A DNA stretch of 64,000 nt from a bacterium HR37 (GTDB taxonomy: Bacteria > Desulfobacterota_D > UBA1144 > Nemesobacterales > CSP1-2). Below the pieces are notes generated by a model, which saw only the letters and a list, made by a program, of their open reading frames with translations, was not told the DNA's origin and ran no database searches. Shown in pieces: positions 48,874-57,745 of the stretch; within the stretch, counting starts at the first letter, position 1; the number at the start of each line of letters is the position of its first letter. The position numbers and the translations under genes are program-made. The stretch lies in NCBI GenBank assembly GCA_002898375.1, contig BEIN01000014.1:6712-70711 (forward strand), written 5' to 3'.

Positions 48874-49908
48874 ATGCCAGATTTTGAAGAAAGGACAGAA
48901 CAACCAACTCCTAGACGGCGTGAGAAGGCAAAGGAGAAGGGCTCGGTACCAAGGAGTAGGGAGCTTATATCCATGTTTGGTACTGCCGGGATATTTCTTT
49001 TTCTGTATCTTGCGGGAGACCATTCTATTGAAAACATCTTCTACCTGATTAAGTACGTTTTGGGCTCATTACACGAAAAGGACTTAATCTTTGTTGCCAA
49101 TTTTGCATTTCCCAAAATGGTATCTGTATTGATACCGTTTTTGATAATCCCATTTGTATTTGCAGTCTTTACCGGTGTGCTTCAGGGAGGTTTTGTGCTA
49201 AAACCTCTGGGGTTTGAAATTGAACGCTTAAACCCTTTAAACGGTTTAAACAGGATCTTTTCTCTGTCTGGCTTTTTTGAGCTTTTAAAGAGTGTATTTA
49301 AATTTGCAGTTGGTGGGGTTTTATTTTTCTACATAGTAAAAAAATCGCTTCATCTACTGCCTTCTGTACCTGTTATGAGTTTGCCAGAGATAGTGGCGTT
49401 TTCTCTAAAGTTTATAGCCAGGATGGTTCTAGTAGTCTTTATAGTGTTTCTTGCTCTTGCTTTAATCGATTATCTAATTGAAAGATGGCGTTTTGAACGT
49501 TCAATTAAGATGACAAGATACGAGCTCAAGGAGGAAATGAAAGAGCATGAAGGGGATCCACTGATTAAGTCAAGAATAAAAAGCATACAGAGAGAGTTGG
49601 CCAGAAAACGGATGATGCAGGAGGTTCCAAAGGCAACTGTTGTAATAACAAATCCAGCCCACCTGGCTGTTGCCTTAATGTATAGAAAAAATGAGACTCC
49701 AGCTCCCAAGGTTATTGCAAAGGGGGCTGGGTTGATAGCGGATAAGATTAAAGAGATTGCAAGGAAACACAGCATTCCCATTATCGAAGATAAACCACTT
49801 GCCCAGGCTCTATATAAGCTTGAAATCGGTTCAACTATTCCAGAGGAATTGTACAGGGCTGTAGCAAGGATACTTGCATATCTGTACAGGATTGGAAGGA
49901 TTGTATGA
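48874..49908 (+). CDS. flhB: flagellar export apparatus switch protein
   Basis: 344 aa; MPDFEERTEQPTPRRREKAKEKG N-terminus, 4 TM, autocleavage-site variant NPAHLAVAL. Confidence 0.9.
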   Translation: MPDFEERTEQPTPRRREKAKEKGSVPRSRELISMFGTAGIFLFLYLAGDHSIENIFYLIKYVLGSLHEKDLIFVANFAFPKMVSVLIPFLIIPFVFAVFTGVLQGGFVLKPLGFEIERLNPLNGLNRIFSLSGFFELLKSVFKFAVGGVLFFYIVKKSLHLLPSVPVMSLPEIVAFSLKFIARMVLVVFIVFLALALIDYLIERWRFERSIKMTRYELKEEMKEHEGDPLIKSRIKSIQRELARKRMMQEVPKATVVITNPAHLAVALMYRKNETPAPKVIAKGAGLIADKIKEIARKHSIPIIEDKPLAQALYKLEIGSTIPEELYRAVARILAYLYRIGRIV

Positions 49909-51932
49909 GGGAGATTAAGCTAAGGAAGGAAAACATTGTGGCTATAGGGGTTGTTATCATCCTGGGAATGATGATAATTCCTATCCCCCCCTTCCTGCTT
50001 GATATCCTATTTTCTCTCTCCATATCGCTTTCAATTGTTATCTTGGTAACAAGTATATACATAAAAAAACCTCTGGATTTCTCTGTTTTTCCTTCACTCC
50101 TTTTGATCGTCACGCTGTACAGGCTCTCATTAAACATTGCCTCAACTAGGTTGATACTTCTTAAGGGTAGCGAGGGTATAGATGCAGCAGGTCAGGTGAT
50201 AAAGTCTTTTGGTAGTTTTGTTGTGGGGGGAAACTATGTTGTTGGTTTTACGGTCTTTCTTATATTGATCGTAATAAACTTTGTCGTTATCACAAAAGGT
50301 GCGGGAAGGATAGCTGAGGTGGCTGCACGTTTTATACTGGATTCGATGCCGGGTAAGCAAATGGCAATAGATGCTGATCTTAATGCAGGTCTTATAAATG
50401 AAGAGGAGGCAAGAAGAAGAAGGGAACTTATCTCTCAGGAAGCCGATTTCTATGGGGCAATGGATGGGGCAAGTAAGTTTGTAAGAGGGGATGCAATAGC
50501 AGGGTTGATAATTACCGGAATAAACATAATTGTTGGCTTTATTATAGGAACGCTACAGCAGGGTATGCCCGTTTCGGAAGCAGCAAAGACATATACCATC
50601 CTAACTATAGGTGATAGCCTAATCTCACAGATACCGGCCCTACTTGTTTCAACCGCTGCAGGTATAGTTGTGAGCCGAGCCGGTGTTGAGACAGATTTTG
50701 GGGAAGAAATAACAAAACAGGTTTTGGTAAACCCAAAATCTCTGGTCACCGCTTCAGGGATAATACTTGTTCTTGGTCTTGTTCCAGGAATGCCGCTTCT
50801 GCCATTTTTTATATTTTCCCTTGCATCAGGGATTATAGCCTATATGGTTTCAAGGGTTCCCCTGGAGGAAAAGGAGGAAGAAGAAATTAAAGAGCCTCCT
50901 CAGGAGAGCCATATCGATACGCTTCTTGAGATAGAACCTCTTACGTTTGAAATCGGCTACGGGCTTATTCCTCTCGTAGAAAGTGAAACCTCTGGTCTTT
51001 TAAGCAAAATAAAGTCAATGAGAAGGCAGATAGCCTCTGAGCTGGGCTTTGTGGTGTCTCCTATACATATAAAAGACAATCTCCAGCTTAGACCCCATGA
51101 GTATGTTCTTCTTCTAAGGGGTATGGAAGTTGCTCGTGGGGAGGTAATGATGGGATACTGGCTTGCTGTACCTTCAGAGAAAGCTGAAAGAATAGATGGT
51201 ATACCAACAAAGGAGCCAGCCTTTGGACTTCCAGCTTTCTGGATAAGCGAGAAGGACGTTGAAAGTGCAAAGGATAAAGGATACATGGTGGTTGATACTG
51301 CTACGGTGATTATAACTCACCTTACGGAGGTAATAAAGAGCCATGCCTGGGAACTTTTAACAAGGACAGAGGTACAGAGTTTGCTGGATAATGTAGCTAA
51401 AAGATATCCAAAGCTGGTTGAGGAGCTAATACCAACACAGCTAACACTTGGAGGGGTTCAGAGGGTTCTGCAAAACCTTCTTAAGGAAAGGGTTCCCATA
51501 AAGGATATTGTCACTATTCTCGAAACCCTTCTTGACTATGCTCCTTCAACAAAGGATACAGAGTTGTTAACCGAGTATGTAAGACAGGCGCTATCAAGAG
51601 TCATTACAAAACAGTATTTATCCCCTGATGGGTTGCTTTATGTTATGACACTGGATCCTGCTTTTGAAAGCGCAATCCTTGATTCAATGGAGGATGGTGG
51701 AGCTTTGGATCCAGGTGTTGTAAACAGCCTGATTAAAGCTGTGGAGAAGGCCTTTAGCAGTGCAGATGCTGCTAAACTTCAGTATCCAATAGTTCTTTGT
51801 TCTTCTCGAGTAAGGAGGTTTCTTAGAAAGATTACGGAGCGTTTCCTGCCTTCAGTTATTGTGCTTTCAAGCGCTGAGATTCTACCCTCAGTAAAACCTT
51901 ATATAGTAGGGGTGATAAGGTATGAAAATTAG
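49905..51932 (+). CDS. flhA: flagellar export apparatus protein
   Basis: 675 aa FHIPEP family. Confidence 0.9.
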   Translation: MREIKLRKENIVAIGVVIILGMMIIPIPPFLLDILFSLSISLSIVILVTSIYIKKPLDFSVFPSLLLIVTLYRLSLNIASTRLILLKGSEGIDAAGQVIKSFGSFVVGGNYVVGFTVFLILIVINFVVITKGAGRIAEVAARFILDSMPGKQMAIDADLNAGLINEEEARRRRELISQEADFYGAMDGASKFVRGDAIAGLIITGINIIVGFIIGTLQQGMPVSEAAKTYTILTIGDSLISQIPALLVSTAAGIVVSRAGVETDFGEEITKQVLVNPKSLVTASGIILVLGLVPGMPLLPFFIFSLASGIIAYMVSRVPLEEKEEEEIKEPPQESHIDTLLEIEPLTFEIGYGLIPLVESETSGLLSKIKSMRRQIASELGFVVSPIHIKDNLQLRPHEYVLLLRGMEVARGEVMMGYWLAVPSEKAERIDGIPTKEPAFGLPAFWISEKDVESAKDKGYMVVDTATVIITHLTEVIKSHAWELLTRTEVQSLLDNVAKRYPKLVEELIPTQLTLGGVQRVLQNLLKERVPIKDIVTILETLLDYAPSTKDTELLTEYVRQALSRVITKQYLSPDGLLYVMTLDPAFESAILDSMEDGGALDPGVVNSLIKAVEKAFSSADAAKLQYPIVLCSSRVRRFLRKITERFLPSVIVLSSAEILPSVKPYIVGVIRYEN

Positions 51933-53004
51933 AAGATTTAAAGCAAAGACCTTTGCCGAAGCCCTAGAGCTTGTAAGAAGAGAGCTAAGTGAGGATGCAG
52001 TTATCCTCTCAACTGAAGAGAAGAAGGGGCTAAATTCATTTGTGGAGGTAACAGCTGCTGTGGATTACGATGTGGAAAGCAGGATTAGTATTGAGGAAAA
52101 AAACAGTAGGGAATTTGAGTCATCTTTGGTAAAGCAGTATGCAATGCTTGCTGAGGGGATAAAAGATGAGGTAAGGAAGATAAGAGATTTAATAAAAAGC
52201 ATGAAAAGCAGTGGTTTTGAAATATCCCTACCTGCCAAAAAAAGAGCCATATTGAGTTTTCTTAGGGAAAGGGCCATAAAAAAGGATTTTGCCTTGCGTA
52301 TCTGTGAGAACGTAGGGGATCTGGAGCAAATACCCCAATTAATTGCCAGTGATATAGAGGTAAGGACAAAGGTGTTTGACAAAAGGGCTATAATGCTTGT
52401 TGGTCCTACGGGTGTGGGTAAAACCACTACCGTTGCTAAACTCTGTGCACATGCAATCAGGGAGGGTAAAAGGGCTGCTATTATAAGCCTTGACACCTAT
52501 AGAATTGGTGCAACAGAGCAGATCAGGATATATGCAAGGATAATGGGAATACCCCTATCGATTGTATCAAATGTTAATGAGTTTATTGAGAGTCTTTGCA
52601 ATTTTATTCAGACAAGGGATGTTATCTTTATAGATACTACTGGAAGAAGTCCAAGCAATGAAGGCTACGTTAACGAACTTTACGAAGTCCTTGAGAGCGT
52701 AAACAGCGGAAAAAAAACAATTAGTCCTTTCTCCTTAGAGCTTCACTTACTGATAAGTGCAAACTACGATGACGAGTTTGTAATGGAGTCTTACAGGTTT
52801 TACAGAAAGCTACCTGTAGATTGTATAGCCTTTACGAAGGTGGATGAGGCTGTAAGGTTTGGATCTCTTTACAACCTCATTATGACTTACCGCAAGCCAG
52901 TTGCCTATATAACTACCGGACAGAATGTTCCCAGAGATATTGAGTTTCCTGCAAGAGATGATCTTGCAAATCTGATACTTAGAAAGGGGTTTGTCAAATG
53001 CTAA
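51922..53004 (+). CDS. flhF: flagellar biosynthesis SRP-type GTPase
   Basis: MLVGPTGVGKTTTVAKL; SRP54-type G domain. Confidence 0.85.
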   Translation: MKIRRFKAKTFAEALELVRRELSEDAVILSTEEKKGLNSFVEVTAAVDYDVESRISIEEKNSREFESSLVKQYAMLAEGIKDEVRKIRDLIKSMKSSGFEISLPAKKRAILSFLRERAIKKDFALRICENVGDLEQIPQLIASDIEVRTKVFDKRAIMLVGPTGVGKTTTVAKLCAHAIREGKRAAIISLDTYRIGATEQIRIYARIMGIPLSIVSNVNEFIESLCNFIQTRDVIFIDTTGRSPSNEGYVNELYEVLESVNSGKKTISPFSLELHLLISANYDDEFVMESYRFYRKLPVDCIAFTKVDEAVRFGSLYNLIMTYRKPVAYITTGQNVPRDIEFPARDDLANLILRKGFVKC

Positions 53005-53825
53005 AGGAGAGTTCTAAAGGCTTTATAAAGACAATTGCGGTGACAAGTGGAAAAGGTGGTGTGGGTAAGACCAATATAGTGGCCAACCTTGCTATTCCCC
53101 TGAGAAAGCTGGGTAAAGAGGTGCTTATACTCGATGCTGATCTGGGCTTGAGCAACATAGATATACTTTTTCAACTAACCCCCAGATACAATCTACAGCA
53201 CGTTATTAATGGGGAGAAAAGACTTGAGGATATAGTGGTTGAGGGACCCTATGGAATAAAGGTGATTCCTGCAAGTTCTGGGATACAGGAGCTAACAGCT
53301 CTAAGTGAGTTTCAGAGACTAAGGATACTTGAGGCATTTGAATCGTTTAGGCACAAGATAGATGTACTTTTAATTGATACCGCTGCCGGTATATCCGAGA
53401 ATGTGGCCTTCTTCTGTATAACTGCCCAGGAGATAATAGTGGTTGTATCACCTGAACCAACTTCAATTACAGATGCTTATGCCTTGATCAAGGTGCTTTT
53501 TACCAGGTATCAGGAAAAGGATTTCCATATCCTGGTAAACCTGGTCAAGAATTCAAGAGAGGCAATGGAGGTATTTAAGCGTCTCTCTCTTGTGGCTGAC
53601 CGCTTTCTTAACTTATCCCTGAATTATCTGGGCTACATTCCGGTGGATGAATCTATCCAAAAGGCTGTACGGGCACAGAGAGCTTTTGTAGAGATGTATC
53701 CTGAGTGTCCTGCTTCTAAAAAGCTCTATGAAATTGCCCCCAAGCTTTTGGAGCGGGAGAAAAAGATTAAGGGGGCCTTACAGTTTTTTATCAAGGATCT
53801 GTTATCCCTATCTACAGATACGTAA
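52998..53825 (+). CDS. flhG: MinD-like ATPase FlhG/FleN (flagellar number regulator)
   Basis: IAVTSGKGGVGKTNIVANLA deviant Walker A. Confidence 0.8.
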   Translation: MLKESSKGFIKTIAVTSGKGGVGKTNIVANLAIPLRKLGKEVLILDADLGLSNIDILFQLTPRYNLQHVINGEKRLEDIVVEGPYGIKVIPASSGIQELTALSEFQRLRILEAFESFRHKIDVLLIDTAAGISENVAFFCITAQEIIVVVSPEPTSITDAYALIKVLFTRYQEKDFHILVNLVKNSREAMEVFKRLSLVADRFLNLSLNYLGYIPVDESIQKAVRAQRAFVEMYPECPASKKLYEIAPKLLEREKKIKGALQFFIKDLLSLSTDT

Positions 53826-53915
53826 AGTCAGGTGGATACAAATTTTGTCACAATTAGAGCTTCTTGGAATTTGTTTTCTCTAATGAAAACAGTAGGTTAG
53901 ACGACACATTCGGTA

Positions 53916-53931
53916 TGGCATGATCCTTGCA
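53916..53931 (+). promoter_or_regulatory. sigma54 promoter TGGCAT-GATCC-TTGCA upstream of fliA and the che genes
   Basis: Perfect consensus read directly. The fliA ATG at 53952 is only ~20 nt away; GTG at ~53973 preceded by the SD-like GAGGGGAAAG is a plausible true start. Confidence 0.55.
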
Positions 53932-53951
53932 TATTCTAACTGCAAAAACCC

Positions 53952-54719
53952 ATGTTGAGGGGAAAGACAGATGTGAAGCCTTTAGCCAGTTTGGACCTAG
54001 GGTATAAGAGGGAATTGGGTGAGGAGGAGAAGGAAAAGATAATAAGGGATTTTCTCCCTTTTATAAAGTACACAGCCTATAGGCTTGCATGGAGACTCCC
54101 ACCCCAACTTTCGGTAGAGGATCTTATAAGTGCCGGGATTGTAGGGCTTTTGGAGGCTCTTCAAAGGTATAAAGAGGGAGTGGCAAGGCTCAGTACCTTT
54201 GTAGAATCAAGGATAAGGGGAGCAATGCTTGATGAGCTTAGGTCTCAGAGTTGGATACCAAAGTCTATGAAAGAAAAAATCAGTGCGGTTAAGAAAACCT
54301 ATCTGGAGCTTGAATCAAAACTTGGCCGTCCACCAGAAGCAGAAGAGGTTGCTAAAAAGCTTAATATTTCGGTTGATGAGTACTATAAGATACTTCAGAG
54401 TGCAAATATGGAAGTGGTACTGAATTTTGAAAGTTTTAAGGAAAAAAACAGAAACGAAGAAAGCGTGGATCTGCTTGAGTATATTTGCGATCCTGATGCT
54501 AAAACCCCTCTTTCCGTATTAGAGGAGAGTCAGGTTAGGGAGGCAATTGCAAAAGTTATAGAAGAACTTCCTGAAAAAGAGAAGCTTGTTCTTTCACTTT
54601 ACTACTGGGAAGAGATGACCATGAAGGAGATAGGGAAGATTTTAAATATTACGGAGAGCAGGGTTTCGCAGCTACACAATCAGGCACTTTTAAGACTTAA
54701 AGCAAAACTCAATTTGTAG
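53952..54719 (+). CDS. fliA: RNA polymerase sigma factor sigma28
   Basis: 255 aa; sigma70 region 2 and region 4 HTH (MTMKEIGKILNITESRVSQLHNQALLRLK). Confidence 0.85.
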   Translation: MLRGKTDVKPLASLDLGYKRELGEEEKEKIIRDFLPFIKYTAYRLAWRLPPQLSVEDLISAGIVGLLEALQRYKEGVARLSTFVESRIRGAMLDELRSQSWIPKSMKEKISAVKKTYLELESKLGRPPEAEEVAKKLNISVDEYYKILQSANMEVVLNFESFKEKNRNEESVDLLEYICDPDAKTPLSVLEESQVREAIAKVIEELPEKEKLVLSLYYWEEMTMKEIGKILNITESRVSQLHNQALLRLKAKLNL

Positions 54720-56149
54720 TGGGTTTACCGCTCATGCAATTAAGTAGGCTTTTAAAGTTAATTGAAGAACTTTCCCACCCGGATCCTTTAAAAAGATACC
54801 GGGCTGCGGAGGCACTGGGACACGGGGATGAAAGGGCAATTTATCCCTTGATAAAGGCGTTACGTGATAGAGATCGGGGTGTCCAGGATGCAGCTATGCG
54901 TTCCCTTATATCCATAGGTGGTGAGGTCACAGCGTATATGGTGTTGCCACTTTTAAGAGATGAGCCATCGTTAATAAGTATGGCTATCGTAATACTGAAG
55001 GGCATAGGAACTGTGTCACTGCCCCTACTTCGTTCTCTTTTAAAGGATAAAGATGACACTGTCCGTCAACTTGCACTTTATCTTATCTCCGAGATCAAAG
55101 TATGCGATTATCCAGAGGATATTGTAAGGATCCTTGAAACGGATCCCAGTCCGAATGTTAGGGCATCTGCTGCACGTGTTCTCGGTGTTATTAAGTATAA
55201 AGAGGCCCTGCCCCAATTGGTTAACGCTTTAAGCGATAGTGAGTGGGTTTGCTTCTCAGCTCTTGAATCCATTGCCTTAATGGGAGATGAATCCTCTGCT
55301 GGGTTTATTGTTCCCCTTCTAAACAGTAAATCAGAGGCTATAAGGTGTGCTGCTGTTGAGGTACTGAGCAGGATAGGGGGAAAGGTATCTGTTAATGCAC
55401 TATTAAAGCACCTATCAAAAGCAGAGGGATTTGAAAAGAAAAACGTTGTAAAAAGCATGATTAAGATGGGAATATGTCCTGCTGTACCAGGGGTCTCTGA
55501 TGTGCTTATTGATATGCTAAGAAGTGGTGATTGGGGGGAGAAGATAACAGCTATAGAGAAGCTAATTGATCTTGGAGAAAAAGATGCAGTTTATCATATT
55601 GTGGACCTGGCAGGTTCACTTGATCCATCTGAGCCGGGAAATGAGGAGAGGATCTCTACCATTAAGGATCTTCTTTGTCGTTTTGGCTGTATAAGTGTTT
55701 TTGTAGATATAATTGCGGACCCATCTTTTAAATTCAGAGGAAAAACAATTGCAATTGATGTTATCAGAAGGCTTAGGTGCAGGGAAGCTATTCCTTCTCT
55801 CATGCAACTACTGGATACGGATATAAGGGATATAAGGCGGGCAAGTATGGAGGCTTTAGGAGATATGGGTTGTTACGGAGCAAAATCAGCAATGATTAAG
55901 GCGCTGGAGGATTTTGATGGCGGTGTAAGAAGATCTGCAGTTTTGGCTTTAGGGAAGCTAAAGGATAAGGGGGCTTTCGAACCGATTCTTAATCTGTTGT
56001 CCAGGGAGAAGAATCCAGAGGTAGTTGAGGAGGCAATTAAATCTCTTCTTGCAATAGATTCAGAAAGGTTCTTATTCTGCCTAAGTAGGCTGGATCCTGT
56101 ACTCAGAGAAATCGTTACTCGTTACAAAGAGCAACTGGAATGGGTATAG
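54719..56149 (+). CDS. HEAT-repeat (PBS-lyase type) protein embedded in the fliA-che operon
   Basis: 476 aa of ~14 tandem HEAT_EZ-like repeats (xxVRxxAAxALGxIGx). GTG start overlaps the fliA stop; ATG at ~54734 is an alternative start. Confidence 0.6.
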   Translation: MGLPLMQLSRLLKLIEELSHPDPLKRYRAAEALGHGDERAIYPLIKALRDRDRGVQDAAMRSLISIGGEVTAYMVLPLLRDEPSLISMAIVILKGIGTVSLPLLRSLLKDKDDTVRQLALYLISEIKVCDYPEDIVRILETDPSPNVRASAARVLGVIKYKEALPQLVNALSDSEWVCFSALESIALMGDESSAGFIVPLLNSKSEAIRCAAVEVLSRIGGKVSVNALLKHLSKAEGFEKKNVVKSMIKMGICPAVPGVSDVLIDMLRSGDWGEKITAIEKLIDLGEKDAVYHIVDLAGSLDPSEPGNEERISTIKDLLCRFGCISVFVDIIADPSFKFRGKTIAIDVIRRLRCREAIPSLMQLLDTDIRDIRRASMEALGDMGCYGAKSAMIKALEDFDGGVRRSAVLALGKLKDKGAFEPILNLLSREKNPEVVEEAIKSLLAIDSERFLFCLSRLDPVLREIVTRYKEQLEWV

Positions 56150-56946
56150 TACTTCGGGATTCTACATTTAAGCAGTTAAGGGATTTTGTATACGAAAAAA
56201 CCGGTATCTATATACCTGATTCAAAGAAGTACCTTGTTGAAAGCAGGCTGACCAAAAGGGTTTTGGAAAGAAACCTAAATACGTTTGAAGAGTATCTGTA
56301 CCTGATACAGTCAAACACAGATTTTAACGAACTTCTAAAGCTATATGATGCCATAACAACAAACGAAACATCTTTTTTTAGGGAGCCTAGGCAGTTTGAT
56401 GTGCTAGTTAAGCACATAGTGCCAAGTATTATACAAAAGCAAAAGACCGTAAAGATATGGTCTGCTGCATGTTCAACCGGTGAAGAACCGTATACGATTC
56501 GGATGCTTCTTATTGAGAATATGTTTGATACAGTTGAGGTAATTGCTTCAGATATAAGCGAAAGCGCTTTGGAGTCTGCAAGAAAGGGGGTCTACGGTTC
56601 GTATTCTGTAAGAAACGTTCCGGAGTTCTATCTTAGGAAGTACTTTAAAAACAGCGGCCAGAGCTATGAACTGGATGAGGTGGTAAAGAAAGGGGTTAGG
56701 TTTGTTAATGTTAATCTCGTGGATGAGAAGAGGATGAGGTTTATGCACGATATGGATGTCATATTCTGTCGCAATGTGCTTATCTACTTCGGTGAGGGTG
56801 CAAAGCAGAAGGCCCTATCACTGTTGTATGGATGTTTAAAGCCCGGAGGTTTTCTGTTTATAGGTTCCTCTGAGAGCCTTCATAATGTAACCCGTGCATT
56901 TAAACCCGTTATCATCGATGGGGTTATTGTGTATCAGAAGGAATAA
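56140..56946 (+). CDS. cheR: chemotaxis protein methyltransferase
   Basis: 268 aa; TNETSFFREP...IWSAACSTGEEPY SAM-binding CheR motifs. Confidence 0.85.
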   Translation: MGIVLRDSTFKQLRDFVYEKTGIYIPDSKKYLVESRLTKRVLERNLNTFEEYLYLIQSNTDFNELLKLYDAITTNETSFFREPRQFDVLVKHIVPSIIQKQKTVKIWSAACSTGEEPYTIRMLLIENMFDTVEVIASDISESALESARKGVYGSYSVRNVPEFYLRKYFKNSGQSYELDEVVKKGVRFVNVNLVDEKRMRFMHDMDVIFCRNVLIYFGEGAKQKALSLLYGCLKPGGFLFIGSSESLHNVTRAFKPVIIDGVIVYQKE

Positions 56947-56959
56947 AGGAGGTAATTCC

Positions 56960-57331
56960 ATGAGGGCACTTATAGTAGATGGTTGTAAAACCACCAGAAG
57001 GCTTCTAGGTATGTACCTTAAATCAATGGGTTTTGAGGTTGTTTTTGCTGAAAACGGACTGGATGCTTTAGAAAAGCTTGTAGATGCCGATATTAATCTT
57101 ATATTGGTTGAGCTCTATTTGCCTTATATGGATGGCATCGAGTTTGTAAAGACGGTTAAAACCAACCCTCTGAGTGTGGATATACCGGTTCTTATGGTAA
57201 CTACAGAGAGTGATAGGGAGAAAAAGGAGATGGCAATAAGAGCCGGGGTGGATGGCTACATTGTAAAACCTGTAACTGCTGATCTCTTATTGCGTCATAT
57301 TGAGGATGTGTTAAAAATCAAACCTATTTAA
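56960..57331 (+). CDS. CheY-like receiver with substituted phospho-acceptor (D-to-E) and DD-to-DG metal site
   Basis: ORF track starts at 56894; the likely start is ATG 56960 after GGAGG. Aligned with the adjacent canonical CheY: LIVDG (not VVDD), [13 protein letters not shown] (Asp57 position is Glu); Thr (LMVTTE) and Lys (YIVKP) are retained. Confidence 0.65.
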   Translation: MRALIVDGCKTTRRLLGMYLKSMGFEVVFAENGLDALEKLVDADINLILVELYLPYMDGIEFVKTVKTNPLSVDIPVLMVTTESDREKKEMAIRAGVDGYIVKPVTADLLLRHIEDVLKIKPI

Positions 57332-57341
57332 GGAGGTTTCT

Positions 57342-57740
57342 ATGTTTAATCCCAAGATGAAAATACTTGTTGTAGATGACTTTCCAACGATGAGACGCAT
57401 TATAAAAAACCTTCTTAAACAGCTGGGCTATGAGAACATAGAGGAAGCTGAGGATGGTATACAGGCGTATTCAAAACTGAAAAACAACGGATTTGAGTTC
57501 ATTGTATCTGACTGGAATATGCCCAATATGGATGGGTTTGAGCTTCTTAAAAAGGTTAGAAGTGATCCTCAGCTAAAGGATATTCCCTTTCTTATGGTTA
57601 CGGCCGAGGCTGAAAAGGATAAGGTGATAGAAGCTATAAAGGCGGGTGTGAGCAACTACATTGTAAAACCTTTTACGGCTGAGGTTCTTAGGGAAAAAAT
57701 GGACAGGATTATGGAAAAGCTCAAAAAACAGGAGCGGTAA
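57342..57740 (+). CDS. cheY: chemotaxis response regulator
   Basis: 132 aa; [13 protein letters not shown]...[12 protein letters not shown]...LMVTAEA...YIVKPF; all five conserved CheY residues present. Confidence 0.9.
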   Translation: MFNPKMKILVVDDFPTMRRIIKNLLKQLGYENIEEAEDGIQAYSKLKNNGFEFIVSDWNMPNMDGFELLKKVRSDPQLKDIPFLMVTAEAEKDKVIEAIKAGVSNYIVKPFTAEVLREKMDRIMEKLKKQER

Positions 57741-57745
57741 AGGAT

